DNA of 64,000 nucleotides from Octopus vulgaris. Its lineage: Eukaryota. The position numbers and the translations under genes were made by a program. This document shows positions 41,259 through 56,007 of the stretch, piece by piece (the stretch's first letter is position 1; every line of letters starts with the position of its first letter). The stretch is taken from assembly GCA_951406725.2 (NCBI GenBank), contig OX597824.1:78120001-78184000 (forward strand), read 5' to 3'. The notes under the pieces are model-generated. The model did no database searches. It had not been told where the DNA came from and saw only the letters and a list, made by a program, of their open reading frames with translations.

Positions 41259-42085
41259 TTAACACCACCATCATCACATCACTACGAGTGCTAACACCAC
41301 ATTATAATCACCAATATTACTACCACCTCCACCATCACCACTACCTCAAACACCTCCACCATCACTACCGTCACCACCAGCATTACAACCACTACCATCT
41401 CCACCGTCAGCGCCACCACCTCCAACATCTCCACGTTTACACCGTCATCACCACTTCCAACACCCGCAGTATAACCGCCATCGCCACTTCCGCCAACATC
41501 TCCAATATCATCACCTCCACCTCCAATATCACCACCATCAACACCAACGCCACCATCATCATCGCTACTACGCCCACCATCACCATAACAACCACTTTTC
41601 AATCATCACCACCATCAACAAAAGTATGCATGCCATCGCCGCAGGTACCACTCTTTTTACCGACATTACTACAACCACCATCTTTACCATCGCCGCCATC
41701 ACAACAACGGGATCCTCGCCGTCACCACCACAACCGCACAGCCGCCGCTACCACTGAACCATTGTCTTTTTACTACAACCAAAATTTCTGCCACCACTAC
41801 AGCCGCACATTTCCTACTCTCACCATCACTACAACTACCAACACAACAATCAACACTACCACTACCACCACCGCCATCACCACAACCACCATCATCACAA
41901 TAACTGTCAACATCACAACCATGACCATCACAACGATTAGTGTTACCTATATGGCAATTTCCAGCATTTCTTCTCTCGTTACCAACACCATCGTCACATC
42001 ACCTCCATCGGCACCATCGCAACCACCACTACCACACTGTGTTACCTTATGTGTATGTTGTTTGAGTGTGTGTGTGTGTGTGTCT

Positions 42086-42139
<54 letters not shown>

Positions 42140-42576
42140 ATGCGTATGTGTAAGTGTTTGTGTACGTAGATCTTCAGATAAAAAGTAAATTCTCGGAGAT
42201 AATTCAACTTATCCTATTCCATGAATAACAAATTGCTTCCCCCGCTTTACATGTCTTTCATACACCCACAGAAACACACACACACACACAGACACACACA
42301 TACACACACACACGCACACACGTACACACACACGCGCAGACGCTCACGCAAATGCATACAAACGCAAGACTCCCGCGCATACCCAGCCATTCACAATTAT
42401 AGGTAAACACATTACGCCCACTTAAGAAACCTATACGCATACCCACTCGAAAAGATAGACAATTATAAACACATGCACAAGCATCAAATTATTAACATAC
42501 AGCTATGCTAATGTTTATGTATGTATGCTTTTATGTATGATGATGCAGACACACACACATACACGCATATATGTAT

Positions 42577-42610
<34 letters not shown>

Positions 42611-42703
42611 GAGTGTGCACGTGTGTGTATACACACACGAACGTACGTATATATATATATATTTGGATATAGATATATATGTATGCATTATGTATATATG
42701 TAT

Positions 42704-42770
<67 letters not shown>

Positions 42771-42809
42771 AATATGCAAACATACACACATATGCATAAA
42801 TACATACAT

Positions 42810-42846
<37 letters not shown>

Positions 42847-42926
42847 AATACATAAGAATAGTCATGTATTCATGTATATACGAATTTATATATGTATATA
42901 TATATACATATACACATACACATACA

Positions 42927-43140
42927 ATGGTGTATATATTTATATATATATATATATGTATTTATATATAATGATGTATATATTTATATATATATATGTA
43001 TTTATATATAATGATGTATATATTTATATATATATGTATTTATATATAATGATGTATATATTTATATATATATGTATTTATATATAATGATGTATATATT
43101 TATACATATATGTATTTATATATAATGATGTATATATTTA
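42927..43140. repeat. ~38-40-bp AT-rich minisatellite (TGATGTATATATTTATATATATATGTATTTATATATAA), 5-6 units
   Basis: Direct reading of the sequence. Confidence 0.85.
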
Positions 43141-43959
43141 TTTTTAAGGTGTGCCTGTCTGACAGTACGTCTCTCTGTATGCGTGCATGTCTATGTATGG
43201 ATGGATGGCTGCATTTATGTGTGTATATGTGTGTGCATATATTTAGAAAGAAGCTTTACCTTTTTAATATAAATACAATTTACGCTCTCTGTGAAAAGTA
43301 AATAAAGTGCTTACATGACAGATTTTATCTTTGTGTGGGCAGTAAAGCAGGGTATCAATAAATGTATGTAAGTAGTGTTCTGTCTTGCTAAACCTTCATC
43401 AGAGAAAGAATGGCTACCTATTGCCAAGAGATGTAAGTAGCTTATGGTTGCTCATAGCATAAACTCACTCTGACAGGCTTAACTCGTTTGTCTAATTTGC
43501 ATAACAGAAAGATACAGTGGAATGATAAATGAATTAATTAAATAAGAGTGCTCTACAAACGGTTTTGGTTAAAGGAAAATGTAATGTAAATTATTTTTAT
43601 ATGCCATCAAAATTTACCTTGTTTTGTAACGGAAATACAATTCAGTTAGCCTACAAATTTTAACTGGAATAACAGGATATTTTTCAGTAGATTTTGTACT
43701 TCCTTAACATGTATTTATACATTACGTACTTTTTCGTAGCTGTTGTTTCTTGAAACATGGGTAGCGCCTATGATTGGGACAACTTCATAGTTCGGTGACG
43801 TTGATAGTATTAATTCTCGTGTTGGAATATTTTCAGTTAACACTTGCATAAAGACATCATCGGGGTGAGGGAGGCCGGTTAAGTGGTCTGAGGTTCTTAA
43901 TGAATATGCTTGTATATATATTTATAATCTTGACCGCTAAATCTACAAGTTTGCTTTTC

Positions 43960-44109
43960 CATTCTCTCTCTGTTTATTTCCTCTTATTTCTTTCTGTTGA
44001 AGAGCATAGGCTCGTAACGTAAAGGACTTTTTCATTCCCCCTGAGTGCCAAACTAACTCACTTTCTTGTTCATACACCCGTCGTCGTCTTTTGTTTTTGT
44101 GTAAATTTC

Positions 44110-44112
<3 letters not shown>
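43960..44112 (+). mobile_element. Related pLTR-like copy (motif at 43989-44026)
   Basis: TCTTTCTGTTGAAGAGCATAGGCTCGTAACGT...CGTCTTTTGTTT, then (TA)n. Confidence 0.55.
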
Positions 44113-44149
<37 letters not shown>

Positions 44150-44169
44150 TGACACACACACACACACAT

Positions 44170-44250
<81 letters not shown>

Positions 44251-44360
44251 TGTAGATATAGATATATATACATACATGGATATATATATAAACACATATA
44301 TATATATATATAAATATATATACATATACATATATATATTTATATATATATATATATATA

Positions 44361-44768
44361 GGCGCAGGAGTGGCTGTGTGGTAAGTAGTTTGCTTACCAA
44401 CCACATTGTTCCGGGTTCAGTTCCACTGCGTGGCACCTTGGGCAAGTGTCTTCTGCTATAGCCCCGGGCCGACCAATGCCTTGTGAGTGGATTTGATAGA
44501 CGGAAACTGAAAGAAGCCTGTCGTATATATGTATATATATGTATGTGTGTGTATGTGTTTGGGTGTCTGTGTTTGTCCCCCTAGCATTGCTTGACAACCG
44601 ATGCTGGTGTGTTTACGTCCCCGTCACCTAGCGGTTCGGCAAAAGAGACCGATAGAATAAGTACTGGGCTTACAAAGAATAAGCCCCGGGTCGATTTGCT
44701 CGACCAAAGGCGGTGCTCCAGCATGGCCGCAGTCAAATGACTGAAACAAGTAAAAGCGAAAAGAGAAA
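44361..44768 (+). mobile_element. SINE family A
   Basis: Full-length copy in (TA)n. Confidence 0.9.
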
Positions 44769-45007
44769 GATATATATATATATATTGCTGCGTACGTTTC
44801 CACAAACCACATGCTTTAGTTGTTGTATTCACCACCCATAGGATATTACAAATATCATGTACAAAACCCGTGGAGAATACAACTAAAGTATGAGTTTTGT
44901 GGGAACGTATGGAGCAATGCATTAATGGATTTATGAGTTTACATCAAAAAGTTCTTGTTGTCACTATATAGATAGATAAATAGATAGATTGATAGATAGA
45001 TAGATAC

Positions 45008-45045
<38 letters not shown>

Positions 45046-45070
45046 GATAGATAGGTAGATGATAGATAGG

Positions 45071-45131
<61 letters not shown>

Positions 45132-45398
45132 GTGTGTACACGCACACGCACACGCACACACACACACGCACACACACGCACACACGCACATCTTTTGTTT
45201 CAGCATCTGAACTGCTATTATCCTATGGCAACACCTTCAAGGCTGTCAGTCGTAGAAATCAACACTAGGCACTTACTGTTTTAATTTGCATCTATTTTGA
45301 CGAAAAGGTAAATTAGAAGAACGTAAACACACCAACACAGGATATCGAATAGTGTTGAGAGAAAACAGAAACTTACACACAAATACACACTCATATAG

Positions 45399-45728
45399 AT
45401 ACCAGACTTTGATGAAGGTGAGATTTTTCAGCATGACGGAGCTCCATACTACAGATCACGTGCAATACAACAGAGTCTGGTTGATGGTGTTGCCGTATTG
45501 AAAGAGTGGCCAGCTCAGAGCCCTGACTTAAATATCATCGAGCAAATGTGCACAGAACTAAAGCGAAGCGTTCTTCAGAAGAATTCACGCAATCTTGAAG
45601 AGTTGCGAGATCTCAGCCACAGGGAATGGTATCTCATACCTGTGAATATGGTGTAGGATTTGTACGCATCTCTTCCCAGGCGAACTGAAGCAATTATTCA
45701 AGCTAAGGAAAGCCACACGAAATATTAA
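45399..45728 (+). pseudogene. Tc1/mariner (DD34E) transposase C-terminal remnant, not in the ORF track
   Basis: Hand translation gives IFQHDGAPYYRS...WPAQSPDLNIIEQM...ASLPRRTEAIIQAKESHTKY*. There are 34 residues between D and E and an internal TAG at 45654-45656. Confidence 0.9.
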
Positions 45729-46744
45729 CTATGTACGAGAACTTCTTGAAATGAAAATTATGTAATGAATTTTCATTACAGATATTTTTCTCTTTTAAAA
45801 CATTGTATCTTATGTGAGGTGGCCGGAAAGTTTTACACAGCCATTTTTGGAGGTCGTCTCGCATCTTCCCCTCTTATTCAGAACTCCTATTACGAAATAT
45901 AATGATTAGGTATGGAAATGACTCCGACAGGGGCCAATGTTTCATCTGTGAAAAAATAGAATGCGAAACATCCAATTATAAGTTGGTAATTAGTAGAAAT
46001 TTACAATAGTTTAAAGTGCACGGTACTGTATCTGTCTGTATGTACCCGTGTGTGTGTGTTTGCGTGTGTGAGTGTGTGTGTGAGTGTTTTGTCCCACCCC
46101 GTCGCCATCACCGCTTGACAACTAGTGTTAGTGTGTTTACATCCCCGTAATTTAGTTGTTCGGCAAAAGAGACCGATAGAATAAGTACTTGGCTTACAAA
46201 GGTTAATTCTTAGTGTTGGCCTAAAACATTTTAAGGCGGTGCACTGGCATGGCAGCAGCCAAATGACTAAAACAAGTAAAAGAATTAAAGAGTGTTTTGT
46301 GTGTGTGTGTGTGTGTGTCTGTCTGTCTGTGTGTGTGCGTGTGTCTGTGTCTGTGTCTGTTTGTGTCTGTGTCTGTTTGTGTCTGTGTCTGTGTGTGTTA
46401 TAAAGAAGAAGTGAATCACTCTCTGAAGTTTTAACTATCAAACAGTCTATTGTTTGGTCTTATTTTTGACGAAGTGATTCTTTGAAATTTTGAAGTCACT
46501 GCGGTCTGTGCAGTTTAATAAATATTAAGATTACATTTTGTTTGCAGGCATTTCTTCTGTTAATATCTTTGATGGATTTTTCTTTAAAACGCAACGCACA
46601 TACCACCTACACACAACCACACGCACATACACATATTTCTCTTATGTATATTATTTCTATCTGCCCCCATATATATGTATATAAGTGTGTGTGCGCGGGT
46701 GTAAGTATACACACACATACATACATACACTTACACACACATAT

Positions 46745-46839
<95 letters not shown>

Positions 46840-47064
46840 AATTAATTTTACCCTTTATTATTATTGATAATATAAATCTCTCCCTAACAGTAAACTGCAG
46901 TTTCGGCAGGATTACTCGTAACGCGCGTGGTTGATTAGGAGAGGGTGCGAGCCCTAACTCGTCTGAATGAATTCGGAAATACTGGTATTTTGGATATTAA
47001 TTTTGTTCGATGGCAATCAGTCAAATAAATATCTTGATTGCTAGTGCGCTCGAATTTATAATGG

Positions 47065-47121
<57 letters not shown>

Positions 47122-47124
<3 letters not shown>

Positions 47125-47463
47125 CGGGGTTGTACCTGCATAGCGAGTGACCCGATTTGAGATCGTGTGCTGAAACAAAAACAATTGCAGCGTGAAAGTT
47201 GTTTATAAGCCATTTAAAAAACAGACACAAAGACCGTTAGATTCACTTCAACATTTAAATTTAATTTGCCAAAATATTTTCATCGGTGAGACCGCGACCT
47301 AACCACTGAAAACTCCGTACATCACGGAATTTTGTCAGTGATCAGCTTGAGGTCTCAAAGCAACGAAAATACTTTGGCAAATCAAATTTAAATGTTGAAG
47401 TGAATCTATCGGTATTTGTCTGTGTTTTAAATAGCTTACAAATACCTTTCCCGCTGCAGTTGT
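47122..47463. mobile_element. Fold-back element in (TA)n with ~140-bp arms and a variant HHR-like motif
   Basis: 47181-47318 and 47324-47463 are reverse complements around a ~5-nt spacer. Confidence 0.75.
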
Positions 47464-47657
47464 ATATATATATATACACGCGCACACACATACACACACA
47501 TATATATATATATATATATTTGTATATACATAAGCCGATTTCAAACTCAAAATCATAAACGGATTTTGATATCAAAATTAAAATTTTAAAGAAAGCATCA
47601 AGCAGATTTTTGTTCATCTGCGGCAAGTCATCCGCTGCTCTCTCTCTCTGTCTTTCA

Positions 47658-47688
<31 letters not shown>

Positions 47689-47854
47689 TGACTTGCTAAA
47701 AGGATTGCTGAATTGAATAAACTTCTCTACGTAAGAGTACAATTGAGGCATACAAATGAGGAAAGAATGTAAGAAAACATTCAGCGTAAATTCGATGAAG
47801 TAAGAATTTGTGTAGGCTCCATAAACTAACTTACACACACACACACACATATAA

Positions 47855-47906
<52 letters not shown>

Positions 47907-48732
47907 ATGCATACGTATATAAATACATACATGCATATACCTATATATAATCAATTGAAATATACAAATAAAAAAACGAAAAAACGAACGAGAGGACGTG
48001 TAAGAGAAATAATTTAGCTTGACACTCAGGTGAAAGGAGAGAGTTTTGCGTTTCGTGCTTAGGCCTTCGTCGGAAAGTACATATATATATATCCGTGTAA
48101 AGCCGTGTTTACTACGTTCCAGTTTAAGCGGACGTGATAAAACCTATCGCTGCAGCATATCTCTGTATAGAATTCTGCACCTAGACTTGTGTAAACACGC
48201 ATCTTCCTTTAGGCTGGAAGTGGCGCTTTTAGATCGTAGACCGTATGTATTTCTAATATTTCTAATCGTTCATCTTCGTCAGCTACGAAAACTACGTGAG
48301 TCACGCAATTAAGAAAGTAGAAAAGGTATCGATCCTGCTAGTTTCAGCATTTTCTACCGTTTCGTCGTACACCTATTACTGACATTTTTTTTTTTTTTGC
48401 CATACGACTACAAATTTCTATTCTCTTTTCTCAGAAAAATGAGTAGCGTAAGTTTTATGGAAATGGTAAAGAAAAGGTCTTAAATCCGCTTGGTCTAACT
48501 CTTTTGATAGTTATTCAGCGAAAAACATATTGTTCAACAACGGTATTCATTTTTCATACCGAATCAAATAATGGGAGCATTCAGAAGGAAAAAAAAACAG
48601 AAACTCACATAAGTCTTCCTTAATTACAACAATATCGATAAAAAATAAAGCAAAATATAATATAATGTCAGTATCTGTATATCTGTATATAAATATATGT
48701 GTGTGTGTGTGTGTGTATAAATATATATATAT

Positions 48733-48858
<126 letters not shown>

Positions 48859-49765
48859 TATAACAAGCTTTAGGTGTATGTGTGACCGCAGCTTATGTGA
48901 GAGCGTGTGTGTGTCTATGAATGTGTTCTTGCGTGTGTGTATATATATACATACACACATATATGTAGGTATCCTTATGTGTGCGTGCGTGTTGTAGCTA
49001 TGTTTATATATATGTATATCTTTTTTTATCTAATGGAATATATATATATCTATATGTCAGTCTCTTGTTCCCTTTTAATCCTTCTTTTCGTGTCCCCTCT
49101 CCTCCTCCTCCTGCCCACATCATCTCGCTCGTTGCTTACGCGCCAACACCGCCCCAACACCATCATCATCAACATCAAATCGCATCAACATCATATCTTA
49201 TCACGTCACTCACCCTTTCAGTTGATTCCCGAGATATAGTATGTTATTGTCTGTCATTCGGTGAGAATTAGTTGATACACTCAGATTACTTTTCATTAGA
49301 ACTTGTAAAGCAGGATTATGTTCTAAAAGCAACTCTCTCTGGTACTTTTCCGAACATGATTGACGGAATAAAGGAATGAATTAGTCTCTAGGAGATTAGA
49401 GACATATGTAGAACGCTACAAATGTAAAATGGCTGACTGCCGCACTTAGCATTCTCGCGCAACCTCATACAGATCTCAAAATATACATTTGAAAGGGTAT
49501 CAAAATAATTATAACTAGTTACTCGCTTTTTGCTCTGTTATCTCTTGCACATATCTGTTATATCTGTAGGCGCATGTGTGTCACAGTGCTTAAGAGAATT
49601 GCTTCTAAACTACAACTACACATATACAGGTTCCATCCCAGAACGTGTCAGTCTGAGTACGTAATTTCTACAATGGCATCAGGTCGACTGAACGCCTAGC
49701 AAGTAAATTTTGACAGCCTGTATTCATGTATGGATGTATAGATGGATATATATATATATATATAT

Positions 49766-49845
<80 letters not shown>

Positions 49846-49925
49846 TGTTGGTGATAGATATAGATATATATACATACATATTTATATACATATATATACA
49901 TATATATATATAAATATATATAGAG

Positions 49926-49976
<51 letters not shown>

Positions 49977-50629
49977 AAGATAGATAGATAGACAGATAAA
50001 CACAGATATTAATATAATTAATTAATCAATTTATAATTATTAATCTTACCAACTAGTTCGGTATGTTAAAAGAACCATTATCGGTAATCTTATACAAAAA
50101 TTATTATAATTATAAACATAATTATAATTAAGATTTAGCATAGCAAAATTTAGAAATAGCAGTTAAATACTATTCTACTACCATAAGATATGTCCCAGAC
50201 AGCAATATTCTCAACACACACAGGCAAAGAGAAAAAAATAACGAATCCACCCGGCGTTGATTAACTATATACGCATTCCTGGACGGATAGGTGGCTTGAT
50301 GGTTGGACGGATAGGTGGCTTGATGGTTGGACGGATGGATGGATGGATTTTTGATTATTTCAAGTTTTCCTGTAAAGAAGGAGCTGGTATCTTACAAAGA
50401 AACAATGCTCTGTCGTGTCATAGTAGATAGCAAAAACAATGTTATATTTCGAACTTAAGAAAAGTCTTTAATGTTTCTACTCTTCCGCTTACAGATTGTC
50501 CTCGTAACGTAATTCTACCAGCATCTTGGTTGATTTCTTTTTTCTGAAAACCGTATTTTTAAAAACTTTATTACAAAACTTCACTTATACATTTACTAAC
50601 AAAACAAAATGCATACGTATGGATATGCT

Positions 50630-51030
50630 CGGTTTAGGAATGGTTTCAGGTTCAGTTCCAAGCCGCAGCACCTTGAGCAAATGTCATCTATTATAACAAC
50701 AGACCGACTAATGCTTTGTGAGTGAATTCGGTAGACGGAAACTGTGTGGAAGCCCGTCGCATATATATGTGTGTGTGTGTGCATCCTTGTGTTTGTATTT
50801 CCCCCCCACACACACACACACACACATACACACCAAAATTTCCGCGACTTGACAACTAGTGCTGGTTGTTTACGTACTCGTAACATAGAGGTCCGTCAAG
50901 GGAACGATAGAATAAGTACCAGACATGAACGTTAATTTTGGTATTGACCTGTTTGGCCCTAAAACATTAAATCTTCAAAGCTGTGCCCCAGCATGGCCGT
51001 AGTCCAAACCCTGAAACCAGTAAAAGATAA
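50630..51030 (+). mobile_element. Old SINE family A copy
   Basis: Diverged but colinear with the family. Confidence 0.7.
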
Positions 51031-51638
51031 ACGATAACCAAAAAGGGATTACATTTTTGTTAAAAGTAATGGGTTTCTTTTATTTTTTTAATGCTTAAAT
51101 CTGAGATGAAAGGACAGCACAAATGACCCTTTTCAAAATTTCAAGTCTGTTCATAGGAAATTATCCTCAAACTAGAGACCTAGATCAAATGTTTGAAACA
51201 GAGTGGACTCCAGAATATACAGAACAGGCCCATATCGTATTGCAAAAGAGCTCAGCTAAACAACGTCACCCGAACAACAGTGGATGTCTATTGGAGGTAG
51301 CTTTGTATCTGAAGATTAGTCCAGGAAATGGCGTCTACGTGTTTTGTGCTAGTTGTATAATAGCTGCAATGAAGATCTTATCCATAGAATTAATTTAACT
51401 AATGAAAAATTCTGTATACACGTTCATCTTTCATTCAATCTCATCTTTAAATTTCAGTCTGAAATATAGTAATTTCTTTCTCAAGTATTTTCTTTCTCTA
51501 ATATTTATGCATTTACTTATTTATGTATTTATGAAGGTATTTACGTATGTGTTTTTCTTGAGAATTTATTTTAAGACTTTTTTTTACCTTTGTAGAGTTC
51601 ACTAACAAATCTGAATTAGTTGATGTATATATATATAT

Positions 51639-52045
51639 AGGCGCAGGAGTGGCTGTGTGGTAAGTAGCTTGCTTAACAACCACATGGTTCCGGGTTCAGT
51701 CCCACTGCGTGGCACCTTGGCATGTGTCTTCTACTATAGCCTCGGGCCGACCAAAGCTTTGTGAGTGGATTTGGTAGACGGAAACTGAAAGAAGCCCGTC
51801 GTATATATGTATATATATATATATATATGCGTGTGTGGGTTTGTGTGTCTGTGTTTGTCACCCTAGCATTGCTTGTGTGTTTATGTCCCCGTTAGCTAGC
51901 GGTTCGGCAAAAGAGACCGATAGAATAAGTACTGGGCTTACAAAAAGAATAAGTCCCGGGGTCGAGTTGCTCGACTAAAGGCGGTGCTCCAGCATGGCCG
52001 CAGTCAAATGACTGAAACAAGTAAAATAGTAAAATAGTAAATAGT
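51639..52045 (+). mobile_element. SINE family A
   Basis: Full-length copy. Confidence 0.9.
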
Positions 52046-52424
52046 GAATAGTATGTGTGTACGTGTTTTTGGCATGTTTGTGCGTGCGAATAAACTTGTA
52101 TCGTGACACGCGTGGGTGTCAGTGTCACGTTAAACAAAAATATATGTTTCACTGCTGTTTATGTTTGCGTGTGTTTATATATATTCCACATGTATAGGTG
52201 ACTGAGTGCATATGTTCACCTGGATACCTGAAATGAAAAATTCCTGAAATATTTTAAGATTTTTCACTGTTCTATAATCGTCTGTACCTGGAAAGGGCAA
52301 AGCTATTTGCATTTTTCTTTTGTGGAAAAGATTTTCCCTATATGTATGCATGTCGATAGTCAAGTAATGCATGCGTGTATGCATTGATCGGTTGAAAAGT
52401 TACATAAATACCAACGACATAGCG

Positions 52425-53215
<791 letters not shown>

Positions 53216-53926
53216 GTGAAATACACAACAGTGGCTCTCTATTGGAGGTAGCTTTGTATCTGAAGATTAGTCCAGGAAATGGCGTCTACGTGTTTTGTGC
53301 TAGTTGTATAATAGCTGCAATGAAGATCTTATCCATAACATTCAGCATAAATGATAAATGACCTATAAACCAACGGCAACAAGAAATATTTTAATGGAAT
53401 TGCTTTATAGAATTTTAAAATCTCCATGTCATTTTAAATTTACTTTCCTCTCTGCTTCATCCGAAATTACTAACAACCACATTAATTTTTGTCGAATATT
53501 TTTATAAAACATTTATATCTGTCTCTATCAATTTCCATATTTTACTTTATTCTAGTTTAAATAAATGTAATTAACGTATCACTAATGATGTTGTACGAAT
53601 GAGACACAACCATTTCGACATAGTCTATCTGTAAATATTTGAAAAATAAACATTGTAGGTGAAACGTAATTTAGTGAAATAAATATCAAGGAAAAATACA
53701 GCGTATTTTCTTTCATTAACGAAATAGAAAAATATTTCAGTAACACTTGCTTTTGTTGCAAAGAAACTAAATAAATCACATGCGAAGCAAACCCACAATG
53801 CTATTGATATCCATGTTGTTACGTTGAGCACAAAATGAGTAATTGTTGAGCAAGTTACTTAAAATGTGTTCTGTCTTGATTTGAAGGCAATTTAGCTGGT
53901 ATTTCTACTAATTCTGAACGGCCGCG

Positions 53927-54358
53927 GGAACTTTTCGGTTTGAACGGCAGTTTTTTCTAGCGGTGTCATATGAAATTGTCACCCATAATTATGACCCTAG
54001 CATCGATCTGTTGCATTTCAATCTCTTTTAGGGTTAGGGTTAGTTAGGGTTAGGGTTAGAGGTGGGGGGAAGGGTATATTTTTTTCTTCACAAATGTAAA
54101 TAAACCCAATCTGTTTCTTAAACGAGGGACATATTCATACGGCACAGAATGCTTTTTAATTCATAAGACGTCACTGATTGATTGAAATTGCAGAAATTGA
54201 AGGAAAAAACAACAAATATCTTACAAACTATAGAATTTTTTCAATAAAGCCAAGAGAAAAAGATGTTTTATAAACACATTCTATCAGTATACGAAGTTTA
54301 AAATTTTTTAGTTACCTAGAAATTATGTTAAAAATTGCCTTTCAAACCGAAAAGATCC
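53927..54358. mobile_element. Complete ~430-bp TIR element with internal (TTAGGG)n-like tract
   Basis: Imperfect TIRs GGAACTTTTCGGTTTGAACGGCAG ... TTGCCTTTCAAACCGAAAAGATCC, TTAGGG repeats at ~54028-54058, and a 29-bp flanking direct repeat. Confidence 0.85.
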
Positions 54359-54507
54359 GGTATTTCTACTAATCATGAACGGCCGCGTAGAGACTCGCTT
54401 ATTGACTCAAAAGAAGTTCATGTTTCTGAATTCAATCCTAAATTCATCTTTAGGAAAACAAATATTAAATTTTAAGCAGCTCACATATACGCAAAATTAA
54501 ATTTGTG

Positions 54508-54808
54508 AAGGCGCAATGGCCCAGTGTTTAGAGCAGCGGACTAGCGGTTGGAGGATCGCGGTTTCGATTCCCAGCCCGGGCGTTGTGTGTGTTTATTGAG
54601 CGAAAACACCTAAAGCTCCGCGAGGCTCCGGCAGGGGGTGGTGGCGACCCCTGTTGTACTCTTTCGCCCCAACTTTCTCTCAATCTTTCTTCCTGTTTCT
54701 TGAGTAACGCTGCGATGGGCTGGCGTCCCGTCCAGTTGGGGGAACATATACGCCACAGAAACCGGGAAACCGGGCCCATGAATCTGGCTAGGTTTAAAAA
54801 GGGCGCAT
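54508..54808 (+). mobile_element. SINE with family B head and a different 3' half
   Basis: Matches family B up to TTCCTGTTTCT (~54700), then continues GCTGCGATGGGCTGGCGTCCCGTCCAG... to an (AAAT)-like tail. Confidence 0.8.
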
Positions 54809-55973
54809 AAATAAAAAATAAATAAAATATTAGATTTACCTTTATTTATTTATTCATTTATTTATTTACTTGGAAATGTAGTGAGCTAGCAAAATCCATA
54901 GCGCGTCGAACAATAACGCTTAACGGAAATTCTCCTTGCTCTTTAGGTTCAGAGTTCAAAATACACCGAGATCGTGTGTTTTTCATCCTTTCGTGGTTGA
55001 TAAAAAAAAGTATACCAGTTGATTAACTGGGGTCAATGATATTGACTAACGTCCACCTATATCCACCAAAAACAAAATTGCTGACCTTGCACAGAATTTT
55101 GCAACGAATTTATTTATGTTACTGTTAGACTTGATCAGATGTTTATTCAGATAGTATTCTTTATACTGGGACATCGCTTTCAACGACATTTATTTTTTAA
55201 CCATTACTATCGAACACTGTACTTTGCTTCCTACTCCATTTTTTTTTCGTACTGGTTCTCCGTCGGTTACGACGACTATGGATCCCACTATCGGAACAAC
55301 CTGCTCATGAAATTAACGTGCATGTCACACACACGTGTGCCCTTAATGTAGTTCTCAGGGAGATTCAGCGTAACATAGAGGGTGACAACTCTGGAATTTT
55401 GAAATACAATTGCTACTCATTTTTAGATTGGAGCAATGTGAAATAAAGTGTCTTCCTCAAAGACAATGCATTGCCAGGAATTGAACTCACGACCTTGCGA
55501 TCGTAAGTCGAATACCCTAACCACTAAGCCACGTGTTTACCTATTTTGTCGACCTCATAAAGAATTGAAGGCAAATCAAGCTTGACGCCAAATATATACA
55601 AATCGAACAAAATTAATCTCAAAAGAAATATTTGTTCGACGCACAGATTTTATGCAGATCACGTATACGCAAAACTCATACATGAAAATTTGAAAGAAGA
55701 GAAATCAAGAAACGTTCTCGTAAGGTGATACAAAGCGGTCAAGGTTGACTTACGTGTAAAGGGACGTAACTTAAACGGAACTAGTTCAAACAATAGATTT
55801 CCTTTTTTTAAAAACACTTGTATTTTCCTCCCATGTATATATATATATATATATATATATATTAATTAGGAAAAATAGTGTGGAAGATAAAAAAAAAAAG
55901 ATAAAAACAGCGTCTGGCCAGTGTTGGTAAAATATAGTAAATATGTTATATCGTGAGTGACGATATATGGTGA

Positions 55974-56007
<34 letters not shown>

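Larger units (their letters stand above)
39668..42040. repeat. (CAT)n and degenerate (CAC)n low-complexity tract, interrupted by the MITE at 40245-41258
   Basis: Direct reading. It explains the poly-His, poly-Thr and poly-Asp ORFs. Confidence 0.9.

Noticed and set aside
39303-42169. Long His/Thr/Asp-rich ORFs (313 aa and 293 aa)
   Set aside because: They come from (CAT)n/(CAC)n low-complexity DNA interrupted by a MITE, with no domain or splice evidence.
50280-50335. 24-bp tandem duplication GGACGGATAGGTGGCTTGATGGTT
   Set aside because: Ordinary slippage next to (GGAT)n.
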